A stretch of 58,728 bases of DNA. It comes from Eubacteriales bacterium. Lineage in GTDB: Bacteria > Bacillota > Clostridia > Oscillospirales > CAG-272. A model generated the notes under the pieces. That model searched no databases. It saw only the letters and a program-made list of their open reading frames with translations, and was not told the origin of the DNA. The position numbers were made by a program, and so were the translations under genes. This document shows positions 57,731-58,728 of this stretch, piece by piece. The first letter of the stretch is position 1. Each line of letters opens with the position of its first letter. The stretch lies in NCBI GenBank assembly GCA_045657225.1, contig JAZOSR010000082.1:1-58728 (forward strand), written 5' to 3'.

Positions 57731-57773
57731 ATAAAAAGCGTGTTACCGTGTGCATAGAGCAGTGGTAACACGC
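57731..57773 (-). terminator. terminator after the upstream aspS paralog
   Basis: On the minus strand, GCGUGUUACCACUGC-ucuaug-CACACGGUAACACGC followed by UUUUUAU. Confidence 0.75.
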
Positions 57774-57785
57774 ATTTTTAAGAAT

Positions 57786-58728
57786 TTATTCGGTGATAAC
57801 GGCGATCGAAAGGTCCGCTAATGCCTTGGGCTCGGCGGGTGCGGGGCAGCCCGACATCAGCTCGCTTGCGTTTTGCACCTTCGGGAAGGCGATAACGTCG
57901 CGCAGGGAATCAGCACCTGCCATGACCATGGCAAGGCGGTCAAGACCCATACCGGAGCCGCCGTGGGGCGGTGCGCCGTACTTGTAGGCATCAACGAGGA
58001 ACCCGAACTTGCGCTCGATATCCTCGGCGGTAAGACCAAGTGCGCCAAACATCTTTTCCTGCAGCTGCCAGTCGGTGATGCGGATCGAGCCCGAAAGGAG
58101 CTCGGTGCCGTTGAGGACCATGTCGTACGCCTTTGCGCGCACGCTGCCGGGATCGCTTTCAAGATAGGGCAGGCACTCCTCCATCGGCATGGTGAAGGGG
58201 TGGTGCATTGCATCCCATGTAGCGGTCTCCTCGTTCCACTCGAAGAAGGGGAACTCGGTGATCCAAAGGAAGTTGAACTGACCTTCCTTCACAAGCTCGA
58301 GCTTCTTGCCAAGAATGTTGCGCAGCGCGCCGAGGGTGGGAAGCACCACGCGATCCTTGTCGGCAACGATCAGGGCAACGTCGCCCTTTTCCATACCAAG
58401 TGCCGCGAGAATGGCGCTCTGCTCCTCCTCGGTGAGGAATTTGGCAAAGGAGATATTCGGTGCATCCTCCACCCAACGGATATAAGCAAGACCCTTGGCG
58501 CCAATGCCCTTGGCGTGCTCGGTCAGCTTGTCAATTTCCTTGCGCGAGAGGGTTGCGGCGGCGTTTTTCGCCACGATGCCGCGTACGCTTCCGCCGTCAG
58601 CAACGGCAGAGGAAAAGACACCGAAGCCACAGTCCTTGACCGTTGCGGAAAGGTCGGTGATCTCCATGCCAAAGCGGGTGTCGGGAAGTCGGAGGCCAAG
58701 CGGTCTTAGGAAGACAATTAGGAAAACC
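57786..58728 (-). CDS. aspS: aspartate--tRNA ligase paralog, C-terminal part (gene continues beyond the right edge)
   Basis: GAD domain and class II motif 3 (YGAPPHGGSGMGLDRLAMVMAG ... DVIAFPK). The reading frame stays open upstream of the ORF-track Met to position 58728 (...LPDTRFGMEITDL). Confidence 0.9.
   Translation of the reverse strand, partial: VFLIVFLRPLGLRLPDTRFGMEITDLSATVKDCGFGVFSSAVADGGSVRGIVAKNAAATLSRKEIDKLTEHAKGIGAKGLAYIRWVEDAPNISFAKFLTEEEQSAILAALGMEKGDVALIVADKDRVVLPTLGALRNILGKKLELVKEGQFNFLWITEFPFFEWNEETATWDAMHHPFTMPMEECLPYLESDPGSVRAKAYDMVLNGTELLSGSIRITDWQLQEKMFGALGLTAEDIERKFGFLVDAYKYGAPPHGGSGMGLDRLAMVMAGADSLRDVIAFPKVQNASELMSGCPAPAEPKALADLSIAVITE

Overview
This window is the replication-origin neighbourhood of a moderately GC-rich Firmicute chromosome. 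The Clostridia-like assignment is my inference from gene order and codon usage only. All calls come from reading the sequence and the ORF track by eye, with no database search.

Core content: dnaA-dnaN-recF-remB(DUF370)-gyrB-gyrA lies on the minus strand (25.7-34.5 kb). The AT-rich 412-bp dnaA-dnaN spacer is what I read as oriC. mnmG-rsmG-noc-like-[four parS sites]-soj-spo0J-serS lies on the plus strand (11.2-19.3 kb).

Flanking genes are housekeeping or accessory:
- a PIG-L deacetylase with an AraC regulator, purC, an NhaC antiporter, MscS and an RNHCP protein
- split transketolase and the ACT+DUF711 pair
- an acyl-CoA ligase-like enzyme and a GtrA/GT2/GT-C glycosylation trio
- a CopA P-type ATPase, PTS EIIC_2 and RadC
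- a FucI-like isomerase with an AraC regulator, a MATE pump and a DagK-like kinase
- rhaD-rhaA, a Dabb protein with two tandem SGNH-like lipoproteins, a CPA2 antiporter, a CNNM/CorC protein and a BFD-like ferredoxin

Most unusual items:
1. A T-box-controlled aspS-gatC-gatA*-gatB operon (52.7-57.7 kb). Its GatA-like subunit is short and appears to lack all three amidase-signature catalytic residues. The T-box specifier is probably AAC (Asn). A second aspS paralog sits immediately upstream.
2. A compact centromere-like module: a Noc-like ParB paralog with a degenerate GERR box, four near-perfect parS palindromes within 230 bp, then about 1 kb of strand-biased non-coding DNA rich in CGCAAA repeats, then soj-spo0J.
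3. A cluster of DnaA-box-like repeats 24 kb from dnaA, and a GC-rich palindrome over the dnaA -35.
4. A translationally coupled Dabb + duplicated SGNH-like lipoprotein operon, preceded by 14-bp direct repeats at 21-bp spacing.

I saw no rRNA or tRNA genes, CRISPR arrays, transposases or phage genes.
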